Notes: a model not told the origin generated them from the letters alone. 64,000 bases of DNA from Prochlorococcus sp. AG-347-K22 (GCA_003281285.1 QCCJ01000003.1:3130-67129), one strand, 5' to 3'; counted from the first letter of the stretch, positions 44,913 to 53,271 are shown. Made by a program: numbers and translations.

Positions 44913-45389
44913 CATTCTATAAATTGAGTCTTTTATTTATTTTTCATTATAAAAAAATATTGAAACTCTCATAATATAACTAGCCCAAAATTAATATTGC
45001 AGTTTCCCTAATAGATTTGTTATTACAAAAAACTGAAGAAAGAACATTTGTAAATAATATGATTCATAGAATTCCTAAAAATATTTAACCTAATCAATCC
45101 AATAAATCATTGTTTTGAGTTAACATTCATGCACCTTACGCCTTTAATGTGGCTTTAGGATAAATAATTGCGAAACATTAATACAAAAAGTTATTAACCC
45201 TCAAGAACGGAGAAAGTCCCTTGGGGATTCAATCAAAATAAACTTCAATAAAAATTTAATAATCATGCGACTAAAACTAATTAAATAATATGAAACGCTA
45301 TATTATGTACATATTCTGATTCAGTTTTGTTACATAATGATCTTAAAAGGGGAATTAGAATATTTATTTAAAAAAAAATGAGAAATTGC

Positions 45390-45429
45390 TTTACAAAGCT
45401 TCATATATCCTGTTACAATAATTCATATA
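45390..45429 (+). promoter_or_regulatory. HLR1-like (RpaB-type) direct repeats upstream of hli
   Basis: TTTACAAA-GC-TTCATATA and GTTACAAT-AA-TTCATATA; imperfect match to (G/T)TTACA(T/A)(T/A)-N2 repeats. Confidence 0.4.
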
Positions 45430-45445
45430 AATTCATTCTTTTATT

Positions 45446-45553
45446 ATGACTCCTGAAGCAGAACGTTTTAATGGCTGGGCAGCTATGTTAGGTTTCGTAG
45501 CAGCAGTTGGTGCTTACGTAACAACAGGTCAAATCATTCCTGGTTGGTTCTAA
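45446..45553 (+). CDS. hli: high-light-inducible protein (short multicopy type)
   Basis: Hand translation MTPEAERFNGWAAMLGFVAAVGAYVTTGQIIPGWF; AExxNG and TGQIIPG motifs. Confidence 0.95.
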   Translation: MTPEAERFNGWAAMLGFVAAVGAYVTTGQIIPGWF

Positions 45554-45574
45554 ATCTATTTGATTTAAGTTACT

Positions 45575-45609
45575 AAGACGGAAAATTATTAGTATTCTTT
45601 CCGTATTTA
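45575..45609 (+). terminator. hairpin after hli
   Basis: ACGGAAA...TTTCCGT inverted repeat just downstream of the stop. Confidence 0.5.
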
Positions 45610-45905
45610 AAATTATAAGAGTTTACTTTTCTTTATTTATAGATAAGTAAACTTTTTTTATTGCAAATACATAATACAACATATTCAATTCACTACAATC
45701 TTTTCAAATTTTTAAAATTTAATTGTTAGTTACAGCTACAAATAATTTAGGGTTAGATATTATTTAAGATTCATGATTGTCATAATTTAATATATTTTTT
45801 GTAAGCATAGAGCGCCGAGAACCTTTAATATTTTGACACTCAAAAGTTAATTATCCTCAATTTTTTCTAAATAAAATTAAACATTATTATCTATAATTAA
45901 TAAAA

Positions 45906-46034
45906 TTATTTTTGGTTTTTATCAATATTATCCAAACAAGTTGAACATAAAAGATGTCCTTTTTTACTCCAAAATGTTTTTGTTGACCTTTCTATATCTT
46001 TTCTACAAATTAAGCATTTAAATATTGGCACCAT
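45906..46034 (-). CDS. 42-aa CxxC-CxxC zinc-finger-like microprotein
   Basis: Hand translation MVPIFKCLICRKDIERSTKTFWSKKGHLLCSTCLDNIDKNQK. Confidence 0.6.
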   Translation of the reverse strand: MVPIFKCLICRKDIERSTKTFWSKKGHLLCSTCLDNIDKNQK

Positions 46035-46125
46035 CAAAGTATGTGTGAAATAAAATATATTTTATAATAATATCTATAATAATTATTTCCTAATTTATTG
46101 GTTAGAACTCATAAAATTTTTTAAT

Positions 46126-46155
46126 AAAAAAGACCTGTCTAAGACAGGCCTTTTT
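46126..46155 (-). terminator. intrinsic terminator of first som gene
   Basis: AAAAAAGACCTGTC-TAA-GACAGGCCTTTTT hairpin flanked by A/T runs. Confidence 0.85.
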
Positions 46156-47119
46156 AGTGTGTAAGATTTTCTAATTAAACTTATTAGAAAGAGAATGATG
46201 TCTTAACAAGTACACCTGTGTCATCATCAGTAGTTCCAGAGGCTTCCTTGATGTATACACCTGGAGTAATTGTCATACCATCGTTGATTGGGTAAGAGTA
46301 AGAAGCTTCATAAATAAGCAATTCTTCTTCTGAGTCTTTGTAGTTCTGTTGTGTAGCAAGAGCAAGACCTACAGAACCAGGTCCAACTTCTGGGAATGAT
46401 AAACCAACAAAGTATCCAGACTTATCTACTCCGCTTGTTTCTTCAGTTTCAACACCAACACTTATGCTAGCTAAATCAAAACTGTAGAAACCGTTAACTC
46501 CCCAGAATGTTGTCTCAGCAGCAGCTGCTTTATCATCAGTAACGTAAGCAACAGCAACACCATAGTTATCAGCTGTGTATGCAGCTTCAATACCGTACAT
46601 ATCAGTCCCTTCTTTAGTCATGATTGCAGATTTCGTAGAAGAAACACCACCAGCTAGAGAGAATCCTGAATCAAATGCATAACCGATAGAAGCTGTAACT
46701 CCTTTACCGCCTACACCAAGAGAATTTCCTGTACCACAGTCGTCTGGTGTGGAATCAGTGAATGCACTATAAGCACAAGCACCAGTAAATGTGCTGCTGA
46801 TATCTGTTGTATCACCAACAAGAACTGTTGCTCCACCTAATGGGAATGTGTATGTGATTCCATCAACAACCATTTTGCCACCTGTTGCTTGGTAACCCAT
46901 AATTGTTGCTGCTTCAGTTGCTACAGTACCTGAAGCATCTGATGTACCACCGACATCAATAGTTACGTCTAGAGAATCTTCACCAGTGAAACTTGTTGAT
47001 AAACCAATGTTCATTTGATAATCAAATGTCACTGCTTCTGTTGAGTCATTTCCACCGTCAACAGCACCGATTACAGTGTCAAGACTGAATGATGCAGTTG
47101 TTGTTTCTGAAAACCCGCC
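46134..47119. repeat. direct repeat copy 1 (~986 bp; som barrel region plus terminator)
   Basis: Appears identical to 49326-50311 (offset 3192). Confidence 0.9.
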
Positions 47120-47329
47120 ATCATATGTGGCTGTTTCAACTAATCCTTCTCCTCCAGAAAGTAATATATTTTCTTGGGTTGAAGTTTTAAATGTATTAAC
47201 GTCTATTTCAGAATTTTCATAAGAATAATTTGAAATAGCTTTAAAATTTACTTCTGTAGCTGAAGCAGTAATAGGAGCTAAAAGTCCTAAAGTCGCAGGT
47301 GCTACAAGCAAGCTTTTAAAAAGCTTCAT
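46184..47329 (-). CDS. som: outer membrane porin Som (paralog 1); start at MKLFK
   Basis: Signal MKLFKSLLVAPATLGLLAP, FSETTTAS, TSFTGEDSL, YEASYSYPINDGMTITPG, C-terminal TSFSF. Confidence 0.92.
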   Translation of the reverse strand: MKLFKSLLVAPATLGLLAPITASATEVNFKAISNYSYENSEIDVNTFKTSTQENILLSGGEGLVETATYDGGFSETTTASFSLDTVIGAVDGGNDSTEAVTFDYQMNIGLSTSFTGEDSLDVTIDVGGTSDASGTVATEAATIMGYQATGGKMVVDGITYTFPLGGATVLVGDTTDISSTFTGACAYSAFTDSTPDDCGTGNSLGVGGKGVTASIGYAFDSGFSLAGGVSSTKSAIMTKEGTDMYGIEAAYTADNYGVAVAYVTDDKAAAAETTFWGVNGFYSFDLASISVGVETEETSGVDKSGYFVGLSFPEVGPGSVGLALATQQNYKDSEEELLIYEASYSYPINDGMTITPGVYIKEASGTTDDDTGVLVKTSFSF

Positions 47330-47334
47330 AGGTT

Positions 47335-47343
47335 TCCTCACAC
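47335..47343 (-). promoter_or_regulatory. Yfr1 sRNA seed-pairing site (GTGTGAGGA) in som 5' UTR
   Basis: Complementary to the conserved Yfr1 motif ACUCCUCACAC; 5 nt upstream of ATG. Confidence 0.7.
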
Positions 47344-47416
47344 AGGATTGAAATCTGATTATAGTAACAAAAAATATCTTTTCAAGATATTCGCTTCCTT
47401 TTCATAATATTCTTTA

Positions 47417-49270
47417 TCAAATCCTTTTTTTTAGAAGCTCGTTTGATTTAACAATATCAATTGCTGGAGTTAATAATCTCTCATATTCCTTCCAAACTCT
47501 AATTGATGAAGAATATATTTTCTTTCTTACCTGTGAACTACTTGCCGTAAATACATTTCTTTTGTTTTTGTGAGGCGATAAATAAGCATCATCCCATTCC
47601 CAACCAAGCCAATTAATAATCTTAGGTATCTCTTCGTTAGGATTCTGTACTAATTTTTCATAACTATATTCAAAAATAATTTCACCGTAATGCTTCTTAT
47701 ATTCATTCATTACATCAAAATGATACACATACATTTTAGCTATATCTTCTAAAGAAAAAGTAAAGCTTTGATTTCTAAAATTAGTTCTATACATAGAAAG
47801 GATATTATCCATGGGGTTTCTCATACAATGTATTATTTTTGCATTTGGGAAATATCTATATATGATCGGACAATAAACAAAATTAAATAAATTTTTATCC
47901 GTAAAGAAAGAAGCCGCTTTAAATCTATTCTTTACTTTATATTTATAGGCCGAAAAAATATCCTTAATATCCTTAATCTCTTTTAGAGATTCCTCCAAGA
48001 AATCAATTTCTCCCATATCAACCACCTGATTATTTAGGCTAAGAATATTTTCCAACAGGGTGCTTCCTGACCTTGGCATCCCAATAATGAAAATCAACTG
48101 CTCAGAGTTGATAATATTTTCGCATTTTGATTTTTTAATATCTATTGATCTAATAAATTCTGCATTTTTTATTCTTAATTCATACGATGATTTACTTTTC
48201 TTGAGACTTTCATCATTTGCAATTTTCAAAAAAAACGAAGCTTTATCATATTCTTTTTTTTTGTGAAATATATTTGCCAATGCAAAAGCAGCATAAATTT
48301 TAGATGACAGATCTAATTTATTAATGTTCGTATTTAGTAAGCGATTAAGATCATCTTTATGCTCTTTAAAGTCATAAATAGTTGATAATTCATAATAACT
48401 AAGAAAATCAAGTTTATTTTTTTTAAGTATTAACAAATAAGATTCTATTGCTTTATTAAATTGACCTTTGTTCTTATAAATAGCGGCCAAATTTTTATAA
48501 AGAGGAATACAATCGGGGAATTTACTTATTCCTTTGTTTATAATGTCTAAACCTTTATCTAATTCCTTAGTTAAAAAATACAGATCACTAAGATTGAGAT
48601 ATCCAATTTCAAGATGATTGTATTCATAAACCATCTCAAGAAGAATTTTCTCTGCATCCTTAAATCTTTTTTTTCTTATATTTATTCGTGAAATTAAATC
48701 TTTAATTTGCAACTGTTTATTATTTTTTTCAGATCTTTTCATTTCTTCTAAAATAGAAAGTGACTCATCTATTTGACCTTTGCTTATCAGAACATCAGCT
48801 TTAAAAATTTTATAAATATCAATATTTTTATTTAAATCAATTGCTTTATTTATATATTTTAAAGAAAGTTCAAAACTCTTCCCTAACCAATATAAACGTG
48901 AAAAATTATATAGGAGATCACTATTATTAGGGGCAATTTTCTTCGCTAATAAAAGTACTTGCTCTGCTTCTGAAAATCTATTTTCTGTTGCCAATATCTC
49001 TGATAGAACAATAAAAGATTTAATATCTGAAGGAAATTTCTTTGTTAGACTTACTAATAATTTTTTTGCAAAAACAAAATTTTTCAGATCTTTAGAGAAT
49101 AAAGCGTAAGAAAATATAAGATCAAAAGAATTTTCATTATTTCTTAATGCCCCAGCATATACTTTTTCAGCCTCTTTGAAGTTACCTAATTTTTGGAACT
49201 TTTTTGCTTCCTTAATTTTTTTCGTTATCTCTAATTCGTTTAGGATCATATCTTTTTTATTAATCATCAT
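47417..49270 (-). CDS. TPR-repeat sulfotransferase family protein
   Basis: Multiple TPRs followed by IFIIGMPRSGSTLLENIL (PAPS loop), RNPMDNILS, YEKLVQNP, TASSSQVRKKIY. Confidence 0.9.
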   Translation of the reverse strand: MMINKKDMILNELEITKKIKEAKKFQKLGNFKEAEKVYAGALRNNENSFDLIFSYALFSKDLKNFVFAKKLLVSLTKKFPSDIKSFIVLSEILATENRFSEAEQVLLLAKKIAPNNSDLLYNFSRLYWLGKSFELSLKYINKAIDLNKNIDIYKIFKADVLISKGQIDESLSILEEMKRSEKNNKQLQIKDLISRINIRKKRFKDAEKILLEMVYEYNHLEIGYLNLSDLYFLTKELDKGLDIINKGISKFPDCIPLYKNLAAIYKNKGQFNKAIESYLLILKKNKLDFLSYYELSTIYDFKEHKDDLNRLLNTNINKLDLSSKIYAAFALANIFHKKKEYDKASFFLKIANDESLKKSKSSYELRIKNAEFIRSIDIKKSKCENIINSEQLIFIIGMPRSGSTLLENILSLNNQVVDMGEIDFLEESLKEIKDIKDIFSAYKYKVKNRFKAASFFTDKNLFNFVYCPIIYRYFPNAKIIHCMRNPMDNILSMYRTNFRNQSFTFSLEDIAKMYVYHFDVMNEYKKHYGEIIFEYSYEKLVQNPNEEIPKIINWLGWEWDDAYLSPHKNKRNVFTASSSQVRKKIYSSSIRVWKEYERLLTPAIDIVKSNELLKKRI

Positions 49271-49317
49271 TATGAAAATACTATAAAATAAAGAGTACTA
49301 AATATTAAGTAAGAAAT

Positions 49318-49347
49318 AAAAAAGGCCTGTCTAAGACAGGCCTTTTT
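49318..49347 (-). terminator. intrinsic terminator of second som gene
   Basis: Perfect AAAAAGGCCTGTC-TAA-GACAGGCCTTTTT. Confidence 0.88.
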
Positions 49348-50311
49348 AGTGTGTAAGATTTTCTAATTAAACTTATTAGAAAGAGAATGATGTCTTAACA
49401 AGTACACCTGTGTCATCATCAGTAGTTCCAGAGGCTTCCTTGATGTATACACCTGGAGTAATTGTCATACCATCGTTGATTGGGTAAGAGTAAGAAGCTT
49501 CATAAATAAGCAATTCTTCTTCTGAGTCTTTGTAGTTCTGTTGTGTAGCAAGAGCAAGACCTACAGAACCAGGTCCAACTTCTGGGAATGATAAACCAAC
49601 AAAGTATCCAGACTTATCTACTCCGCTTGTTTCTTCAGTTTCAACACCAACACTTATGCTAGCTAAATCAAAACTGTAGAAACCGTTAACTCCCCAGAAT
49701 GTTGTCTCAGCAGCAGCTGCTTTATCATCAGTAACGTAAGCAACAGCAACACCATAGTTATCAGCTGTGTATGCAGCTTCAATACCGTACATATCAGTCC
49801 CTTCTTTAGTCATGATTGCAGATTTCGTAGAAGAAACACCACCAGCTAGAGAGAATCCTGAATCAAATGCATAACCGATAGAAGCTGTAACTCCTTTACC
49901 GCCTACACCAAGAGAATTTCCTGTACCACAGTCGTCTGGTGTGGAATCAGTGAATGCACTATAAGCACAAGCACCAGTAAATGTGCTGCTGATATCTGTT
50001 GTATCACCAACAAGAACTGTTGCTCCACCTAATGGGAATGTGTATGTGATTCCATCAACAACCATTTTGCCACCTGTTGCTTGGTAACCCATAATTGTTG
50101 CTGCTTCAGTTGCTACAGTACCTGAAGCATCTGATGTACCACCGACATCAATAGTTACGTCTAGAGAATCTTCACCAGTGAAACTTGTTGATAAACCAAT
50201 GTTCATTTGATAATCAAATGTCACTGCTTCTGTTGAGTCATTTCCACCGTCAACAGCACCGATTACAGTGTCAAGACTGAATGATGCAGTTGTTGTTTCT
50301 GAAAACCCGCC
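49326..50311. repeat. direct repeat copy 2 (~986 bp)
   Basis: Appears identical to 46134-47119. Confidence 0.9.
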
Positions 50312-50482
50312 GGCTTCCATGTCGTTCATTCTTGCTTCTAATCCGTCAACACGGCTATTAGTAACAGCAATTTGTTCTGCAGGGGAGAAGTCGCTAATAG
50401 TGACTTCGTTTGCTGTAGCAGACAAAGGAGCTAATAATCCTAATGTCGCAGGTGCTACAAGCAAGCTTTTAAAAAGCTTCAT
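49376..50482 (-). CDS. som: outer membrane porin Som (paralog 2); start at MKLFK
   Basis: Nearly the same signal and an identical barrel to paralog 1; coiled-coil-like SRVDGLEARMNDME N-region. Confidence 0.92.
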   Translation of the reverse strand: MKLFKSLLVAPATLGLLAPLSATANEVTISDFSPAEQIAVTNSRVDGLEARMNDMEAGGFSETTTASFSLDTVIGAVDGGNDSTEAVTFDYQMNIGLSTSFTGEDSLDVTIDVGGTSDASGTVATEAATIMGYQATGGKMVVDGITYTFPLGGATVLVGDTTDISSTFTGACAYSAFTDSTPDDCGTGNSLGVGGKGVTASIGYAFDSGFSLAGGVSSTKSAIMTKEGTDMYGIEAAYTADNYGVAVAYVTDDKAAAAETTFWGVNGFYSFDLASISVGVETEETSGVDKSGYFVGLSFPEVGPGSVGLALATQQNYKDSEEELLIYEASYSYPINDGMTITPGVYIKEASGTTDDDTGVLVKTSFSF

Positions 50483-50487
50483 AAATT

Positions 50488-50496
50488 TCCTCACAC
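50488..50496 (-). promoter_or_regulatory. Yfr1 sRNA seed-pairing site (GTGTGAGGA) in som 5' UTR
   Basis: Same 9-mer at the same spacing as in paralog 1. Confidence 0.7.
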
Positions 50497-50523
50497 GAAA
50501 TTTAAAGTACACCTCAAGATAGT

Positions 50524-50559
50524 GTATTTAGGGGTACAAAATCAAGTATCAAAGACTAC
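50524..50559. promoter_or_regulatory. two tandem NtcA-like boxes (GTA-N8-TAC)
   Basis: GTA-TTTAGGGG-TAC (50524-50537) and GTA-TCAAAGAC-TAC (50546-50559) upstream of som paralog 2. Confidence 0.45.
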
Positions 50560-50648
50560 ATTTTTGAATAATTTGTGCCACTTTCTGAACTTGTACAATC
50601 AGTTTTTTACCTATTTAAAGTATTGCTCTTGGTTTTCTACATAAATTA

Positions 50649-50849
50649 TTAATTTTTTCTAAATAAATAATTAATTTCATGATTTATATTTTTTTTAGAA
50701 ATTTTGAAAGAAACTTTTTTTGTTTTGTATTTTTTCGCCCTTCTATTATCAACAGCATCTACGTACCATCCAGAAGCCAACCTAGTGTCAATTTCCTCGT
50801 AGCTTTCTTTTTGATTTAATTTATTTAAGGATTTCTTTTTGTAATCCAT
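50649..50849 (-). CDS. small basic hypothetical protein
   Basis: MDYKKKSLNKLNQKESYEEIDTRLASGWYVDAVDNRRAKK...; ATG at 50849 preferred. Confidence 0.5.
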   Translation of the reverse strand: MDYKKKSLNKLNQKESYEEIDTRLASGWYVDAVDNRRAKKYKTKKVSFKISKKNINHEINYLFRKN

Positions 50850-51074
50850 AAATTCCGTGTTTTTTAATTTAATTGTAAAAAATATAGCATTTAAAGAGAA
50901 TTTGAGCAGTAGATTAATTTGGTTAAAAGTTTTTATTAGCATTTTTAAATTATTTTCTTTTGGATTTTACTTTCCTGAAATCTTTAGAAAAAAGAAAAAA
51001 ACTCTTTGGTTTACCTCAACAAAAAAAATTATTAGTTATATTTTTGAAAATATACCTGAGGAGCACAAGGTAAA

Positions 51075-51179
51075 ATGACTCAAATAAGTCTTTTTGTGAA
51101 TTCTATGCCAAGAGATTTAACTGAATTCGCTTTCTTTTTAGTAGTAGGTTTCACAGCAGGTTCGATGGGTCTTATATAA
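51075..51179 (+). CDS. 34-aa membrane microprotein
   Basis: MTQISLFVNSMPRDLTEFAFFLVVGFTAGSMGLI, with GAGGAG about 11 nt upstream. Confidence 0.6.
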   Translation: MTQISLFVNSMPRDLTEFAFFLVVGFTAGSMGLI

Positions 51180-51251
51180 TTCATAAATAATTATTAAGTA
51201 AATTCTCCATACCTCTTTAATAGTCAAACAAAAGCCATATATTCTGAAACT

Positions 51252-51764
51252 TTATATTGAAAGTATTGTATCCACTGGAAAATCAAATCTTAACCTTCCA
51301 TTAAGTTCAATCAATTCAACTACAGTTAACAAGCCAGAAACTTTCTTACCGCCTTTGTTAATTAATCTTGCTACACAATCAACTGTTCCACCTGTAGCAA
51401 GAAGGTCGTCGACAATTGCATATGAACTAAATTTTTCAAGAGCCTCTTTTTGTACAGCAAGAGAATTATTTCCATACTCTAAACTGTAATGTTCTTGAAA
51501 TATTTCTCCAGGGAGTTTCCCAGGTTTTCTAGCAACTATCATGGGTTTAGATGCCTGAAGCGAAATTGCTGAGCCAAAAATAAATCCTCTAGCCTCTATC
51601 GAGATTATTGCCTCAGAATTTTTAATCACTTGATTTGACGACATTCTGAGAATTAGTTCTCTAAAGACATCTGAATCTTGGATTATTCCTAGTAAGTCTT
51701 TGAAAGCTATGCCTTTTTTTGGGAAATCATAATATGTCTTAATCAAACTCTCTAATTTTTCCAT
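51252..51764 (-). CDS. apt: adenine phosphoribosyltransferase
   Basis: DFPKKGIAFKD, IEARGF, RKPGKLPG, YSLEYG, VDDLLATGGT. Confidence 0.96.
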   Translation of the reverse strand: MEKLESLIKTYYDFPKKGIAFKDLLGIIQDSDVFRELILRMSSNQVIKNSEAIISIEARGFIFGSAISLQASKPMIVARKPGKLPGEIFQEHYSLEYGNNSLAVQKEALEKFSSYAIVDDLLATGGTVDCVARLINKGGKKVSGLLTVVELIELNGRLRFDFPVDTILSI

Positions 51765-52017
51765 CCAACAAAATCCAAATAATATTTAAATAATAATTCC
51801 TCCAAAGAATTTAATACCCAGATATTTCTATTAGATGACAAACATTAGAATAAAGATTATTTATTTCTAAAGTTTGTAATGAAGAAAGAGAAAAACAATA
51901 ATATTTCTTTAAAAAAAGCTGCAAAAGTAATTTAGCAGCTTCAAAAAGTGATTTTTTATAAAATATTTAGGAATTTAGTCTTTTATAGATGACTGTAATG
52001 AACTAATATCTTATAAG

Positions 52018-52091
52018 CGGGGCGTGGCGCAGCTTGGTAGCGCGGGTGCTTTGGGAGCACTAGGTCGCAGGTTCGAATCCTGTCGCCCCGA
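52018..52091 (+). tRNA. trnP: tRNA-Pro(UGG)
   Basis: CGGGGCGTGGCGCAGCTTGGTAGCGCGGGTGCTTTGGGAGCACTAGGTCGCAGGTTCGAATCCTGTCGCCCCGA. Confidence 0.97.
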
Positions 52092-52114
52092 CTCTTAAAA
52101 ACCAAGTCATACTT

Positions 52115-52138
52115 GCGAGTCTCCCAACTCGCTTTTTT
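52115..52138 (+). terminator. intrinsic terminator after tRNA-Pro
   Basis: GCGAGT-CTCCCA-ACTCGC-TTTTTT. Confidence 0.75.
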
Positions 52139-52160
52139 ATTGCTTACTGTCTCAAATTGA

Positions 52161-52197
52161 GAAAGGGGAGCTGTAGGGGGATCTAGAATGTTTAAAC
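52161..52197. repeat. 37-bp direct repeat, left copy
   Basis: GAAAGGGGAGCTGTAGGGGGATCTAGAATGTTTAAAC; 32/37 identical to 53095-53131. Confidence 0.85.
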
Positions 52198-52291
52198 TTT
52201 CTCAAATGATAACTTCTAATAGATAAGCCTTAAAAATATTTATTATGCAAAAATCGATAAAATGCAAATTTAAATAAGTTATAAAGAAGAT

Positions 52292-53059
52292 ATGTTTAGA
52301 GTATTTTTTTCCTCTTTAATAATTTTATTTTTTCTTGATTTTGATCCTATTAAATCAATAGAAAATAAAGTATCTATTAAAATTTATAAAGACAACCGTT
52401 GTCTTATTTCAAATGGCATCCCAGACCATCAAACAGGTAAATTCCCAAACAAAGGCAACCCTCATAGTATTACTGAACAAAATATCTATCTATGTGTCCC
52501 AATAAAGGGTTCATTTTCAGGCAAAATTACTCCTATTACAAGTACCATGGGTTTCGCACTTAATGGTATTCTTTATCGTCCGAATACAGCTGGATATTGG
52601 GACCCATCGTCTAAGAGGGGTCATAGTAGAAATGGAAACAAAAATTGGAGATTGAATATTTTTGGAACAAAAGGCAAATTAGGGTTAGATAATAACAATG
52701 CTCATGTAGGTCCTAACGGTTTGTACCATTATCATGGTATTGCAAAGAGTCTTTTAAATAATCAAAAAGGTTCTTTGATTGGATATGCTGGTGACGGTTT
52801 TGAGATTCATTATGTTGGGAATAAAGTAAGTTCAGCTTGGAAACTTAAAAAAGGTTTGAGAATAAATGGACCAGGAGGTAAATATGATGGAACATATAAT
52901 GAAGATTATGAGTTTGTAAAAGATTCAGGTAATCTTGATGAATGTAATGGTGGATTTCGAAATTCAAAATATATTTATTACCTCACTAATGAATACCCTT
53001 TTGTACCTAGATGCTTAAAAGGTAATGTTAGTAAAGATTTCAATAACAGCAGAAACTGA
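52292..53059 (+). CDS. YHYH domain protein, exported
   Basis: Signal peptide; SNGIPDH, GFALNG, GLDNNNAHVGPNGLYHYH, GYAGDGF, LDECNG. Confidence 0.88.
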   Translation: MFRVFFSSLIILFFLDFDPIKSIENKVSIKIYKDNRCLISNGIPDHQTGKFPNKGNPHSITEQNIYLCVPIKGSFSGKITPITSTMGFALNGILYRPNTAGYWDPSSKRGHSRNGNKNWRLNIFGTKGKLGLDNNNAHVGPNGLYHYHGIAKSLLNNQKGSLIGYAGDGFEIHYVGNKVSSAWKLKKGLRINGPGGKYDGTYNEDYEFVKDSGNLDECNGGFRNSKYIYYLTNEYPFVPRCLKGNVSKDFNNSRN

Positions 53060-53094
53060 AATTTATAAAATCAACTAAAGAATCACTAGGTTGT

Positions 53095-53131
53095 GAAGGG
53101 GGATCTCTAAGGGGATCTAGAACGTTTAAAC
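53095..53131. repeat. 37-bp direct repeat, right copy
   Basis: GAAGGGGGATCTCTAAGGGGATCTAGAACGTTTAAAC. Confidence 0.85.
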
Positions 53132-53244
53132 ATGTCTATAGATGTTTAAATAATATGTAATCCTAAGACTCAAACTTGTTCCACTATCCTCATTTAATTA
53201 AAACTATAACTGTAGTCTCAAGTATTTCTCAAAAACTTATCCCA

Positions 53245-53271
53245 GTGCTTTGGGAGCACTAGGTCGCAGGT
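53245..53271 (+). repeat. partial tRNA-Pro duplicate (attR-like)
   Basis: GTGCTTTGGGAGCACTAGGTCGCAGGT identical to 52046-52072. Confidence 0.9.

Larger units (their letters stand above)
52046..53271. mobile_element. non-autonomous tRNA-Pro-integrated mini-element or remnant (att-bounded, YHYH cargo)
   Basis: 27-bp tRNA segment 52046-52072 duplicated at 53245-53271; no integrase inside. Confidence 0.65.

Noticed and set aside
50857-51078. 73-aa + strand ORF
   Set aside because: Low-complexity AT-rich frame with no RBS or motif; covers likely promoter DNA
53245-53271. Second tRNA-Pro gene
   Set aside because: Only 27 bp, with no acceptor stem, D arm or complete T arm; treated as an att-like duplicate
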